Shown piece after piece: positions 1 through 15,551 of a stretch of DNA of 64,000 nt. Under the pieces are notes generated by a model. It worked only from the letters and a program-made list of their open reading frames with translations. It did not search any database and was not told where the DNA came from. Positions within the stretch are counted from its first letter, which is position 1; each line of letters starts with the position of its first letter. The translations under genes and the position numbers were made by a program. Source of the DNA: the human T2T-CHM13v2.0 reference genome, Homo sapiens; assembly GCF_009914755.1 (NCBI RefSeq), contig NC_060935.1; one strand, 5' to 3'.

Positions 1-175
1 TTTTTTTTTTTTTTTTTTTGAGACAAGGTCTTGTTGTGTTGGCCTAGCTGGAGTGTAGTTGCTATTCATAGGTGTGGTTGTGCTGCGCTGCTGCCTTGAA
101 CTCCTGGGCTCAAGTGATTCTCCTGCCTCAGTCTCCTCAGTAGCTGGGACCCCAGGCCATGCCATCACATCCAGC
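1..175 (-). mobile_element. FAM (fossil Alu monomer)
   Basis: Single monomer with a T-tract. It retains the 7SL-derived TGAATAGC segment (GCTATTCA at 61-68) that FRAM and dimeric Alu lack. Confidence 0.8.
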
Positions 176-191
176 TTGTTTTTTGATGTTA

Positions 192-482
<291 letters not shown>

Positions 483-849
483 TTGATGTTTATGATGTGT
501 TAAATAATGGAATTAAGACCCAGAGCTCTCAGCAGGATAAGAAAGGGATTAGAAAGGGGATTTCGTGTTAGTTAGCAGAGCAAAGGGTTTGGTACAGACA
601 CATGGACATGTGACTGAAGGCCTTGTGTGCTGGGACTCCAGAGGGAGACCACAGAGAGTGGCCAGCACTTGCTGAGCAGGGGAAGAGAGTGATGATATCC
701 ATGAAAGAGACATCCCTGGCTACACTGGGAAGCCCACATTCCCTTCTCAGACACTTGTGGCTGGCCCTAGGTAGTGAGTGGGTATGGGATGTCAACAGGA
801 GGTATGTCTTATGTGACAGTGTTGGGCTTTTTAAAAGTCTTATGTTCTA

Positions 850-1740
<891 letters not shown>

Positions 1741-2364
1741 TGACATTTAAGTCTCACCTCTCCTCTTGTGCAATCCTTCTTGCCAAAGATGGAGTTAGAC
1801 CCTCAGAGAGGTTTGCTCCCCACCCAGCAGTAATTAACGTGTCCCTTTTCCCAGCATGGAGAGGAAATGAGCAAAGCCCTTCTGTTAAAAAAAGAAGACA
1901 AAAATATGTAATACAACCCCAGGCTCCAGTTTGGGTTTGCAAAGTGGAAAACAAAACAGAACCATTTTTCAGGTACTTTTATGTTAAGCCTCTCTAATGT
2001 GCCCCAAAATATTTTTCAAGTGATTCATCTACAATCCAATAAGAACAACGGCTGTTGCCATTTGGATGAAAGGAGCTGAGGAGCATTAGTGAGCGATTTG
2101 ATTTTATGAAGGGGAAGTGGCACAGGTGCTTAGAGCCATTTGCTTGAGGCACCAAGGTCTATGCCCGGGGCATCTGCAGCTCCAGGCGGGGCAACTGGCA
2201 GTGCTACAAGCTGGATAATAGACCTACCAGGCACGCCCCGCCCCATGGTTAATATGGGAAAGGGCTACTTGCAATGGAGGCTTTGAACTTGGGTGCATTG
2301 GTCCCCACCACTCAAGGATCTCTTTATGGTCTGCTAATTTAGAAAATTACTATGACCAGTGATG

Positions 2365-2532
2365 ATAATACTAATAATTCACATTCATAAGGGACTTTCT
2401 AGTTTATAAAGCTGCCTTCCATCCATTATCTGACTTGATCCTGATAACCACTCTTGGACTGGAACAGATACTATCATCCCCATTTTACAGGTCAGAAAAC
2501 TAAGGCTTCAAGATGTTTACTGCTTTGTCCAA
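2365..2532 (-). mobile_element. MIR fragment
   Basis: Core ATCCCCATTTTACAGGTCAGAAAACTAAGGCT. Confidence 0.75.
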
Positions 2533-3451
2533 AATTAAGAAGCTCCCCTTCTCTCATGCCCCCATTTCTATATATGGGTATTCCCTTGTGAATGTCAGGG
2601 ATTTTTTTGTTGTTGTTGAATTATAATTTGAGAGAGGGAAGAGTAGCTTCCCTAAAGAGTAGTGATGCGTAGAGTCACTTTGGGGAGAAGGGTAGGGTCA
2701 TTAGCCAGGGAACAGGAGTGGCAAGAGGGACTCCACAGTGGCAGAGGAGAAATTCTGGACTCTGCTCTTGCAAATACAGACTTGGAGGAGGCTGGGTGTA
2801 GGGAACAGTGGTAGCCCCTATGTGGTGGGTGGGGAGCTAGGTAGGGTAAACTGGGAACCTGAGGGAGGGTCTAATCTCCCATACTCCCAAAGACCACATC
2901 TGCTAGATGTGTATGCCTCTTGTTCCTTTCCCATTTGTATTTCCAGGCTGTTAGAAAGTCTTATTTAATCATTCTAGTCTCATTAGTTGTGCTTTTTGGG
3001 ATTAAGGCCAGGACCCATTTCCATAGCAAAGGAGTTACATAGAACTCTCCATAGCAGAGTTACATGAAAATGGTGTTGGCTGCTCCGGGAGCCCCTCCTG
3101 TTGGTGGCAACAATAAAGAGTGAGAGACCGCCAGGGCGAGATGAAGCTTAGGCGACAGGGATCAAGGTCGAAAAGGCTGCAGCTTGTCTCATGTGGGGAA
3201 CCTCGCTCTACTGCCAACCACAGAGGATCAGGGGTTGGGGATTTTAAAAAGCTATTGTGATAATTACTCATAGTTTATAAGTCAAATCATATTTTAAAAG
3301 GCTTATAACAATATTCAGTATTTCTCTGTCCCACCCTTCCTGTCCCTCAACCTCCCTTTTTTGAAATAATGGCTTTCAACTGTTTAGCTGCTTTTTTCTG
3401 AGATTTCCACATCTCTATAGTTCTAAATATGTGTGCATTGCTATATTTTAA

Positions 3452-3779
<328 letters not shown>

Positions 3780-4977
3780 AATTTTCTGTTTATGGTAATG
3801 AGGATTTAGTCTCTTATACTACCATCCCATCTGACACCTTCCCCTCATATGTGGTATTTAAACTTTAGTTAAATGAATGTCAGAATTTACATTATATCTG
3901 TGTGAATATTATTTACAACTATTGTGAAACAGTTGTTTCCTTACCTCTCATTTTGTTCTGAAGTTGGTAACTGCCTTGTTTTATCATTTGCTTAGTTTTC
4001 TTTGTCCTTACCAATAGCCTCTCAGAATGATTTTCCGCAAGGTCACTCTCTCCAGGTGATCAGTCAGCCCCTGTGTCTTGGAGCCTTCACTCCTGGACAC
4101 TTCTGTTCTTATGTCTGGACTGCTTGCCTTGTAGGCCTGGTGCCCGGCTGTTTTCCTGGGACTTCCCTTGGCCCCCTCCTCCCTAGACTCCTTTTGCCTT
4201 TCCCTGATTTACATTCCCTATTTCTGAGACCTTGCATCTTCTTCTTTCTTGGTTTACTCCATTGTTTTGATGGAGCGTGCTCTCCAGGAGTTTTCTCAGA
4301 TTGAAAAGCTGTGCAGCAGCTGAGGACATGGTGACGACTGTCCTCTGCATGCCGCTGCACACCCTGCACTCTGGCTGGTTGCCTTCCACACCTGTGCACA
4401 GCAGTCTCTTTTCCCCTGGGCTGGATCTCCCGTTTTCTGTAGCTTACATGTTCCTTTTGCTTAGGTTAGTCCCTCATCTTGCTGGAAGATTTTGATTTTT
4501 TAGGAAAGCTGATTGGTGGCAGGACCCTCCTGCATGCTGCACTAGTAAGTGGCAGAATTGTGACTCAAACCCAGGTCTGCTGGTTTACATCAGGTGTTCC
4601 TCCTCCCCCAAGCTATGATTCTAACTCCTCCTCCTGTGGGGGCCCAGGAGCCACACCCTCCCCTGGCTCTCACCACCCCTCATCCACCTGGCCTGGCCCA
4701 CCCCCCTCATCTCTCCTCTTCTTCCTCTCTTGCCAGCCCCCATTGTGGATGTCTGTCTTTCTGACACCCTGCACCTTTGCCTAGACTATGTCTAGGGCCT
4801 GGGTTGCCAGGACAGAAGCCCCAGGTCTGTGAGGTGACCTGGGTTCTTTAAACTTTCCTGGGTGAACGACCTACTTGGTGGTGGGGAACATGTTGGGGAA
4901 CATGAGGAGTGAGGCCATTACTGTGGCACAGCCCTGCTCATGGTCCTTTGATTGGCAGGAAGTCACCGGAGGCATCC

Positions 4978-5352
4978 TGTCTATGTCAGCTGGAGCTGCT
5001 ATAACAGATCATTCTACCATAGACTGAGTGGCTTAAACAACACATATTTCTCACCATTCTGGAGGCAGGGAAATCCACGATCAAGATGCCGGCGGATCCA
5101 GGGTCTGAAGAAGGCCCCCTTCCTGGATTGCAGATGGCCATCTTCCTGTTGTCTTCTCACATGGCGGAGAGCAGAGAGAGCAAGAGCAAGTTCTGTGTCT
5201 CTTTGAGAGGCACGAGTCTCCTTCTTGAGGGCTCCACCCTCCTGATCTAGTCACATCCCAAAGCCTCCATCCCTTAATACTTCGTCACCTTGGGGGGTAA
5301 GACGTTCAACACCGGAATTTTGAGGGATGACACAAACATTCAGCCCATAACA
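4978..5352 (-). mobile_element. MLT1A-like MaLR solo LTR
   Basis: TG...CA ends, motifs ACCATAGACTGAGTGGCTTAAACAAC and GACACAAACATTCAGCCCATAACA, perfect 5-bp TSD CATCC (4973-4977 / 5353-5357). Confidence 0.88.
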
Positions 5353-7504
5353 CATCCCCACTACAACATGCCTGGTAGCGCTTGCCCAGAAAAATTTCCA
5401 TCTGAATCGGGCAGGTCAGGGAGTAGAGCGTTGCGGAGAAGATCAGGTGGGAACTCACCTGAAGTCCCTTACAACTTGGAAGGCATGAGCATGTCGAGGC
5501 GGGGAGTGGAGAGAGAGCATGCCTGTCTCCTTCGCAGGCTGTCTTTGGGAAGATTTGCCTGGCCTGCTTTAAGGAGGCTGCCTCCTCCTGTCTGGGCTCT
5601 TTCTCTCCCTCCCATCTTTACAATCATCACCTCCTAAAGCACTGCCTTTCTTGGGAAGTTTTCCAGGTAGAGTGGGAGCAAAATGGCAATTCATGCCAGA
5701 AGTCATGCATAAATAAAATCCACTGATAATTCCCAAGCCCTGCTTTAGCCATAAGCTTCAATCTTTCTTACCCACTAAACCCTCTCCCAGAACTGCTAAA
5801 GGGAACAGCACTGATGGATTTGTGTCTTTCCCCTTTTCATTTCCGCTGTTCCCTTCTTCTGATTGAGGAACAAATTAGTAATGAAATGACCCAACTAAGG
5901 CCATTAAATATTGTGCAAGAAGATTGGAAAGCCAGAGGCCTTAGTAATCTCTAAATTAGACCATTGGACCCAAAGCCGTTGAGAGGTAACCATACTCCAT
6001 TCACTCATTCACTTCATTCATTCATTCATTCAGTAGTCTTTTATTGATCTAATACAGTTGTGTCTTTTAATTTGAGGTATTTAAAATGTGTTTAAAGCGA
6101 AGTGTTCTCTTGTGGATTGTAGTTACCTCGAGGCCATGAGCCAGGTTGGTTTTGCCAGTTTGGTGTGGTGTCCTGGGTATTTCACTGCTTGGGTTGAAGG
6201 ACAAGCGGTCTGCTAGAGTGAGCCCCGTAAATGTTTGTTGTTGATGATGGTGATGCTTGATCAATAAAGTTAATCCTGCCATTGTCACCAGGATATAAAT
6301 CTTTAGTCATCTGTGTGGGCATTTCTCCTTGAACATGATGCTAAAGATGTTTAATCAGACTCTTCACAGCTTCCAAGAGCTGGGCCATGATGAAAAAGAC
6401 CTTGGCACGTGGCTGTTGAGGGGAAGCTGTTCCCATAATGAGGAGTCAGTCTGTTAGTCCTGGCCCCATACCCACTCCCCACCTGTGATCACCCCTGCCA
6501 CTGCTGGGGACCCTTGGCCTCAGCTGTCCTTAGCTCTAGCTTGTGGGTCCTTGGAGGTCCAGCTCAAATTTGTCTCACTGGGTGGGAGAAAGAGGTACAC
6601 AGGGGATGGAGAGACAGAGTTGGAGCACTTGGGACTCAGAATGGTCACTGAGCAGATAGACGAGGGCTGGCAAGACACATGGGGAAAACTAGAAACAGAG
6701 AGAGCAGTGGGGTGTGGCCTGGACTGGGAGTCAGCAGGTGCTGGTCCTGGCTTCTGTAGACAGTGTGTGGATGGGCCTGACTCAAGAGCCAGGTGAGCAC
6801 AGAGCTCCAGGATTTGGGGCTCAGGGACCCTCTCCCAGCCCTTCTATCTGGAGGTGGCCTGGGCTTACAGCCAAGCCAGGCTCTCCTTGGGTCCTTCCAC
6901 ATCCCAGAGGCCCACACTGAGCTTGGCTGCAGCAAGGCTGATGGCAGGGCCTTCGGGCTCCTGCTGATTCATCTTGCTGACTCCAGGCTCGGGGCTGCTA
7001 CCCAAGGAGGGCCTTAGAGTCCTGAGAGTATCTCCTGACCAATCAATCCTCTCTCCCCTGGGACCGACACTGGTGACTCAGGGATAGAGTGCACCCGATG
7101 AAAGGTAGTATTTGTTGTGTGTCTCTCTCCAGCCTTATCCATGAGCTCCTTAATAGCAAGTCACACACCTCCTCCCACGTGCCAGGTGCGTGGTGGGGCT
7201 CTGTCATGCTGGTTGAATTGAGCAGTGGTTGTGCTGTGTGATTATGCTGAATGTATGGGGGACTGTGCCGGGAGCAGCCATCCACGATCACGTCGCTGGG
7301 CTGGATGGTCCTCCTTGGTTTTAGGTCTTCTCCCAAAGAGGGAATGGTGGAGGGATGATCATAACAATAATAGCCAAAATAGCAAACAAGTCACAGTACC
7401 AGAGGCTGTGGTGACACCTTACGTATATGGTCTCTTAAATTCTCCCAACAGTCCTATGAGACGGGCACTGTTTTACTCCCTTTTTGCACATGAGGACACG
7501 GAAG

Positions 7505-7752
7505 CACCTGGCTCACTCTCCTTCATTCTTCAGGCCTCTGTTTGAATGTCTTCTCCTTTGGGAAGGCCAACACCCTCTACCTCCATAACATTGCATTTTT
7601 GATACTTCCTGGCTTTTGATGACTTGTGTCTCTTCCCTGATCTGTAAGGGCAGGGGCTACATCTGTCTTGCTCACTATTGAACCCGTGGTGCCAGGCACT
7701 CAGCTGGTATGGAGTAGATGCTCAATAAATGTGTTTGAATGAAGGAATGAAC
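7505..7752 (+). mobile_element. L2 3' end
   Basis: Ends TAGATGCTCAATAAATGTGTTTGAATGAAGGAATGAA, a typical L2 terminus. Confidence 0.8.
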
Positions 7753-8841
7753 CAATTCTTACAGCATCACTTTGTGTCTACAGAAGCATTCCATCAGTCT
7801 GTGGGGAGGGGAGGCGCTTTCCTCTGTGTCTCCCTGCAGTGTCCACTGAGCCAAGAGGTGTCCCAGACCCAGGCATCTCTGTTTAATAAGAATTCATTGA
7901 GCACCTACTATATGCCTGAGTCTACACCGAGTGACAGGAAAGGGACCCCTGACCTCAAGGAATGTCTAACATTGAGGACATGGGAACTAAAGACTATATC
8001 TTCTGCAAAGAACTCCCTTCATTTGCATTTCTCCTAAAGCTGTGTCATGCTTTGAGAATGCATCCTGCATAGCCTTCTAAGAGTTCTGGGAAGAGAAGAA
8101 TGGGCTCCCTGCTCATCAGGCTTCTCAGCTCCAGAGGACCCTGTTGTGCCCACCATGCCTGAGGTAGACTGGTGGAGGTGGTTCAGTTATGCACGTTCAT
8201 GCTGGGATCCTTCGCTCCCTCCCTTTGAGGACACGAGCATTTTGGCGAATTCTGAAGAGCACACGTTTTCCACTTAGCTCAGTCTGTGGCGGGCTCATGG
8301 TGCCTTGGTGCTACTATCTTTCCATTTATCATCTCAGGCCTCCCTCCCCTTTCCCTGCCCAGCCTTTTTACCTGATTTAATTTTCACACCTTATTCAGTG
8401 GCTCTTCATGGAACTTGTCTGCGTCGTTTTACTTCTCTTCCCTCTGGCGCACGGGTCCTCTCACCATCTATCTTCCAGGCCTCCTCCACCCCACAGAACA
8501 TTTTGCAAGAAATGCAAAGAGCTTTCTTTCCACTGTGCATCTGGGCAGGTGCTGGCCGCCGCTGAATGGGGTGTGCTACTTAGAGTGTGGGTGTGGGTTT
8601 GGGGTGTGTGCGTGGGTTTGGGGCATGTGCCTCACATACCTACCCAGGCACAAGTGTAGAACTGACTCCTGCTCTTGCCCCATTCTCCCTCCAGAAACCA
8701 CAGGTCACTCTGACTTCCTGCTGGGCGTCCCTACAGATGTTGGCGGCCCCCTCCTCTCTTCTCCTTGTGCTTATGAACCAAGCAGCAGAAAGCCCCCTGG
8801 TGTTGGGGAGGGATCGCAAGGAGCGCTTGAGGACGATCCAA

Positions 8842-8999
8842 GGCCAGGCGTGGTAGCATGTGCCTGTAATCCCAGTGCTTTGGGACACCGAGGCAGGAGG
8901 ATCACTCGAGCCCAGGAGTGCGAGGCTGCAGTGAGTTATGATCATACCACTAAATTCCTAGGCAACAGAGCAAGATCCTGTCTCTGAAAAAAAAAAAAA
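8842..8999 (+). mobile_element. FRAM / Alu monomer
   Basis: Single right-arm-like monomer with an A tail. Confidence 0.85.
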
Positions 9000-9413
9000 T
9001 GCCATCCAGACGGCATCCTGCTGCATGCAGCTGGAAGATGCAGCCCCTTTTATTTTCTGGGAGGCAACCATAGGAAAACAAAGTGTGAGTGGCCATAATT
9101 TACTGGGCTCCTGGGTAAATTTGTATTTCATTCTGATTATTGAATGTGTCGCCTAATTGCAGCTATAAAAAGGAATAGTCCATCTTCCCCATGAAAGCCC
9201 ATTGCTGGCTGATTGTTGTTTAATTAGTTGATTCCAGTGGTCGAGGGGTGAGTTTGGAATTACAATTACAACTCCTATTATTTCAGGGAGATTGTTGAAT
9301 TAATTAGTAGGACAATAGGATTCCTCATAGTTGACATCTTAAGAATCCACAATGATAACTTTAAAATTGGTTGCAAACATGAAAATAGGTGATAGATTTG
9401 TCTTCTCTGCCAG

Positions 9414-9589
9414 GTGACGCTAGACTTCAGGAAGACCCCCCATTTCTGCTCCACTCCTGGGCTTGGAGAAGAGTACAGCTGCTCTTGACTGGTGGGACCT
9501 TTTGCTGGCTAGGGGTGATGGGAGAAGCAAGAGAGGGATCCACACACCTGCGCTTAGCTTTCTATGACCTGGGCGGATGGAGGCCAAAG
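9414..9589 (+). other. Candidate 176-nt spliced exon, probably non-coding
   Basis: Acceptor TTTGTCTTCTCTGCCAG|G and donor AAG|GTAAGG in non-repetitive sequence. No recognisable protein homology. Confidence 0.35.
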
Positions 9590-12104
9590 GTAAGGTGGGA
9601 TGAGAGAGAATAAAGACAGGAAGGAAAGGGCTCAGCCAAGAATGTGTAGTGTTTAATGCAATGTCGATGAAGAGCTCTGCTTACAGCTGTGATGGTCATG
9701 GGCAGCCACCCTAGACAGGGGCAGGTGGCAGTGCCCTCAGAGAGGGCCCAAGAGGTAACAAGGCCACGGTCATGCTAGGAGTTCTGGGAGCTGGATAGAT
9801 CCCCATAGAGGAGCCTGTGTTCCCAAGGCCCCTCTATGACCACCAGCCTGTGCTGGGCCCGGGACATGGCCGGCTAATGTTTGGTTCTGGGTGACCTCCA
9901 GCCTTCTGGTTAAGGTCTTGCCTTAGCTCCTGCCTGAGTCGGGGTGGGGAGCTGGAAGGACTCAGCTCCCTGTTCTCCTAAGCTTGCGCTTTCCTTCACT
10001 TTCTTGTCGTATTTCCCCTCTCCCCAGGAGTCACCAGAAGCATCTTCTCCGCTGGATATAAAAGAGAAATATTGCGCTTTAGCTGGCTTCAGCAAGAAAG
10101 GTGATAATGAGAATATAAGAGAAACTGTTTATCCAGGTGGTTAATATTTGAATAATCCTGAAGGTCATATGGCATGTTTCTTTCAAGGAAAGATTCTGTC
10201 CTCACCTTGGTGCATATGTGGAGAGGCGGGGCAGGCACAGTGCTGTCCTGAACTTGCATCCTGTGGAGTTGCTGTGGTCTAGAGACATGTGGAGCATGGG
10301 GTGGAGGAGAGCCAGGTGGGTTTCTGAGGGGGTGAGTGGACTGTGGCCTGAGAGGGGTGTGTGGAGGGCAGAAGTCCTATGGGAAGAGTGGGATGATGGA
10401 GATCTCTTGGGTTAGAAGGGGCTTCTTCTGGTTCTGAAGGCAGTTGCCCAATAAAGGTGGATGGGAGCCCATTCCAGACACCATCTCGGGGGGTTCGTCT
10501 TTTCCTTTTTCTCCACTAGCCTCTTACCTGATCTTCCAGGGCTAGGTGTCCTTCAGGGGCCAAAGGGGCTGGGGAGTTTCTTGGAAGGCAGATCATTAAG
10601 ATTTAATGGGACATTTCCTGCCAGGCAGAGGGATTGTAAAATGCAGCTAATTTAGAGAGCCAGGGGATCACAGAGTCATTTTGCCTTTCGTTGGGAAAGG
10701 CCAGACATGAAATTATGCCAATCCCTGCCCTCCTGTCTTCAGTCCTCCCCAATTATACCACTGGGCAGCTGCTGAGCTGGCCCAGAGTATCTGCTGGACA
10801 GAGCCCTTCCCTGCTGGCGGCAGGGGCAGGTGGGTGTTTAGCTGGCTGAGGGCTTAGTGAGGAAAGTGGTGTTGGAGCAGCATCTACGCAGCCACAAGCC
10901 CTTGTGCAGTGCTCGGATTTCTCAGCTCGGCCCCAGGACCATAGCCACAGCCCAGACTTCCTTTCCTCCATCCCCTGTAGTGGCTTCTCAGAGCCTTGGT
11001 CTGGCAGGGTCCTTTCCTTTCAGCAGAGTGAGTTGGACAGTTGAAGGAAGTGAGTTGGTAAAGGGGTAGTGGCAATTGTGTGTCTGTGTGTGTGCATGTG
11101 TGTGCATGCGTGAGACAGAGACATAGAGATGAACAGAGAGACAAAGGCAGGGAGAAGGAGAGAAACACGACCAGAGGGCAGGGAAGTAGAAGGGCACCTG
11201 TTGCCTCCCCTGGGGCTGGGCTGTTTGGTTGAAGTTGATCTCAGCTGTGTGTCTTTACCCATAGGTGACAGGAAATGAGAACATGGAGGGATAGATGTGG
11301 GCACAGCCCAGGGAGAGGAAAGGGGAGGTGAGAAGTTACAACAGCAGTGGGATCCTTTGGGGCCCTTGGGCTGAGATGCTGGATCAGTGCTGCCCAAGAA
11401 GCTGGAGTTTAGAGCTGCTCCTAGGTGTGCAAGGGAAATAGCCATAGATGTGGACACCAAGAGGTTCTGCCACACACAACATGCATGACCTCTGTGAGGT
11501 CCCATAAAAATGAGGATACCATTGCAACCTTACACGTAACACAGCTGAAGCTTCTAGAACATACAGGGCATCCAGTAAGTCCATGTTCCACCTTCCCTCC
11601 CTTCCATAGAGGGGGATACACGGATGCTTAGTACAGTGCCAGACACATGCTTGGCACTCAGTACAACTTGGTGGAATTGGATTCCGAATCCCAACAGCCA
11701 CTCAGCCACTGCCCCTCGGCCTTGGGAGCTGGAGTCAGGCAGAGCTGAGGGTTGCACCCAGCTGGCCAGTGGTCTCCCCTCCCGGCGAACGCCCCGCCCG
11801 GCCCCTGGTTTCTGGTAACACCCTGCTATGTCGTCCCGCTTCCTCACTTGGCTCATCTCCACAAATACTCAGAGACGGAGGTGGGGAGGGTTGCAACTGT
11901 CTCCAGCCCCATGGGTGGCTGGGTTTGAGCCCTGACTCTGCTGCTAACCAGCTGTCAGAAGTTGCGGGTTAAGTAGCGGGGGTTGAGGCGGGAGTTCCTG
12001 CAGGCAGGGCCATGCTTCTGCCACGTGGAAGCCATACACTATCCCTCTGTGAGTGCCCAGGAAGGCTTGGAGGCATACTCCTACCTGAATATGATAGTCC
12101 AGCC

Positions 12105-12750
12105 CAAGTGGCATTTATTGAGCATCCACTGTATGCCAGGCCCTGTCCCAGCACTGAGGATCCAGCTGTGAACAAGGCTGCATGATGGTGGAGTGGGGAC
12201 AGCCAGCCATAAACAAGGATGATTGGGAAGTGACAGCACACGACAAAATAACCCCCCCCCCTTTTTTTGGATGGATGAGGCGTGGGGGTGCGGAATGATG
12301 GGGGCAGGTGCTTTGTAGGGTGAACTGAGGAGGCCACACTTATATCAGCCCCTTTCAGAAGGAGCCAGCCACACAGAGTTCAGGGCAGAGCCTTCCAGGC
12401 AAGGGGAACAAGGCGGTAGCAAGGTGGGGACAGGGTGAGTGTCTTCGAGAGAATGGACAGATGGCCAGGGTGGACATAGGGGTGCGGAATGAGAGGAGGT
12501 CAGAGAAGCATGCTGGCCTTGTGTGCCAGGGAAGGAATTTGGATTTTATTCTAAAATAAGATCACTTTGGAGGAGTTTAAGCAGGGGAGTGACAGTCTGA
12601 TTTATATTTGAAAAAGTTATTTTGACAGCTTATAAAGGATAAATCATAGGAGAGGAAGAGTTAAGCCATGAGTAGCTGTAGGTTGGGTGAGAACTGACAG
12701 AGGCTTGGACATAGTATGGCCTTGGAGGCAACAGACATGTGTGGGCGGGT
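12105..12750 (-). mobile_element. L2 (3' part); continues at ~18830-19560
   Basis: CATTTATTGAGCATCCACTGTATGCCAGG and GGAATTTGGATTTTATTCTAA...TTTAAGCAGGGGAGTGAC motifs. Confidence 0.8.
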
Positions 12751-13213
12751 CCCGATCTGTACAGTTTCAGGTTTTTATTAAGGTATGTTTTACACACAGT
12801 AAAATTCCCCGTTTAGCATAAAGTTCCATGACTTTTGACAAAGTCCTGAGTTGTGTAACCACCACCACAATCAAGATATGGAACATCTCCGTCACCTGCC
12901 AAATTCCCCCACACCCCCGGCAGTCACACTCCCTCCCCACCTCCCACCCTTGGCGACCACTGATCGTGTTCAGAATGTCATATAAATAGAATCACATAGT
13001 ATATAGCTTTCTGAGTCTGGCTTCTTCCACTTGGCATAATGTATTTGAGATTTATCCATGTTGCTGCATATGTGAGTAGTTCATTCCTTTTTATTGCTGG
13101 ATAGTATTCCATTGTGCAGAAATGCCAGTTTGTTTATTCATTTACCCGTTGAAGGACGTTTGGATTGTTTTCAGTTTTTGACAATTTCAAATAAGGCTGT
13201 TCTACACATTTGA

Positions 13214-13584
<371 letters not shown>

Positions 13585-13587
13585 TCC

Positions 13588-13751
13588 TTTCTTTTTTTTT
13601 TTTTAGAAACAGGGTTTTGCTCTGTCATCCAGGCTGGAGTGCAGTGGTACAATCATAGTTCCCTGCAACCTCTGCCCCCTAGGGTGTAGCGATCCTACTG
13701 CCTCAGCCTCCCCGGTAGCTGGGACTACAGGCATGAGCAACTGCACCCGGT
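13588..13751 (-). mobile_element. FRAM / AluJ right arm
   Basis: Monomer. TTTGAGTACA is repeated at ~13209 and ~13752, flanking both this monomer and the adjacent AluS. Confidence 0.82.
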
Positions 13752-14417
13752 TTTGAGTACAGACATTGATGTGAACCTAAGTTTTCATTTCTCTAGGGTA
13801 AATACTTAGGTGTGGGTTCTATATGGTAAGTGTATGTTTAGCTTCCTAAGAAGCTGCCAACCTGATCTCTGTGGTGGCTGTGCCATTTTCCCTTCCTATC
13901 ACCAACGCATGAGAGTTCCAGTTGCTTTGCATCCTCACTAGTATTATCCTTAAAACAAATCTTAAAAATTTTGTTTCTCCGTTTTATGAGGCGTATGGTT
14001 GTATCTCATGGTAGTTTTAATTTGCATTTCCCTAGCGACTTAAGATGTGTCTTTTCATCTGTTTATTTGCCAACCCTGTATCTTTTCTTGGTGAAGTATC
14101 TTTCAGTCTTTTGTACATTTTTATATTGGTTGTTATTATTGCATTTTGAGAGTTCTTTATATATTCCAGATACAAGTCCTTTATCAGATGTGAGATTTGC
14201 AAATAATTTCTCCCAGTCTATGGCTTGTCTTTTCATTTTCTCTCTCTCTGTCTTCTTTAAATTACAAGACCAAGTATACTTATGAAAATAGAGCAAGGAT
14301 TAAAACATATGTAATTCCTTGACACAGACACTTCCTTTACTGTCATTTAGAGAACGGTTTCAGAAGACAGCCTCTTGGAGAATCTTAGTTTGATGGTCCA
14401 GATTTTGTAGTTTCTTG

Positions 14418-14770
14418 TTTTTAATTGTAGTAAAATACACATAACATAAAATTTATTATCTCAACCATTTTAAATGTACAGTTCAGCAGTGTTAAGTACC
14501 ATCATGTTGTTGTGCAATCAGTCTCTAGAGCTCTTTCAATCTTGCAAAACTGAAACTCTGTACCCATTAAATAACAACTCCTCATTCCCTCTTCCCCTCG
14601 GTTCCTAGAGAACACCATTCTGTCTGTCTCTGTGAATTTGACTACTCTAGATACCTCATGTAAGTGGACTCATATAGCATTTGCCTTTTTGCGACGGGCT
14701 TATTTCAGTTATCATAATGTCCTCAAGGTTCATTCATGTTGTAACATGTGTCAGAATTTCCTTCCTTTTT
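14418..14770 (-). mobile_element. L1MB 3' end; resumes at 18148-18331
   Basis: TTTAATTGTAGTAAAATACACATAACATAAAATTT terminus. The sequence continues AAGGTTGAATAATATTCCATTG after the nested L1PA. Confidence 0.85.
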
Positions 14771-14783
14771 TTTTTCTGAATAG

Positions 14784-15125
<342 letters not shown>

Positions 15126-15551
15126 TGAATGGAAGATTTTTCACACTAAGAATAGTTTGTAGGCAGGCTTGAGAAGAACCTAACAGAAGTTTCTTCTACC
15201 ATGAGCATCTATAGGGCCATTCAGATACCCAGGCCTGAAAAGTAATAACAGTCTTTGTTTCTTTTTTTTTTTTTAAATAGTATGTATATATATACATATA
15301 CATTATACATATGTATATATGTGTATATATATAAAACTTGTATTTTAGGTTTAGGGGTACATGTGTAGGTTTGTTATATAGGTAAATTGCATGTCATGGG
15401 GGTTTGGTGGTCAGACTATTTCATCGCCGAGGTAATAAGTATAGTACCTGATAGGTAGTTTTTAGTCTTCTCCCTCCTCTCACCCCCTGCCCTCGAGTAG
15501 GCTTTGCTGTCTGTTGTTCCCTTCTTTGTGTCCATGTGTATTCAGCATTTA

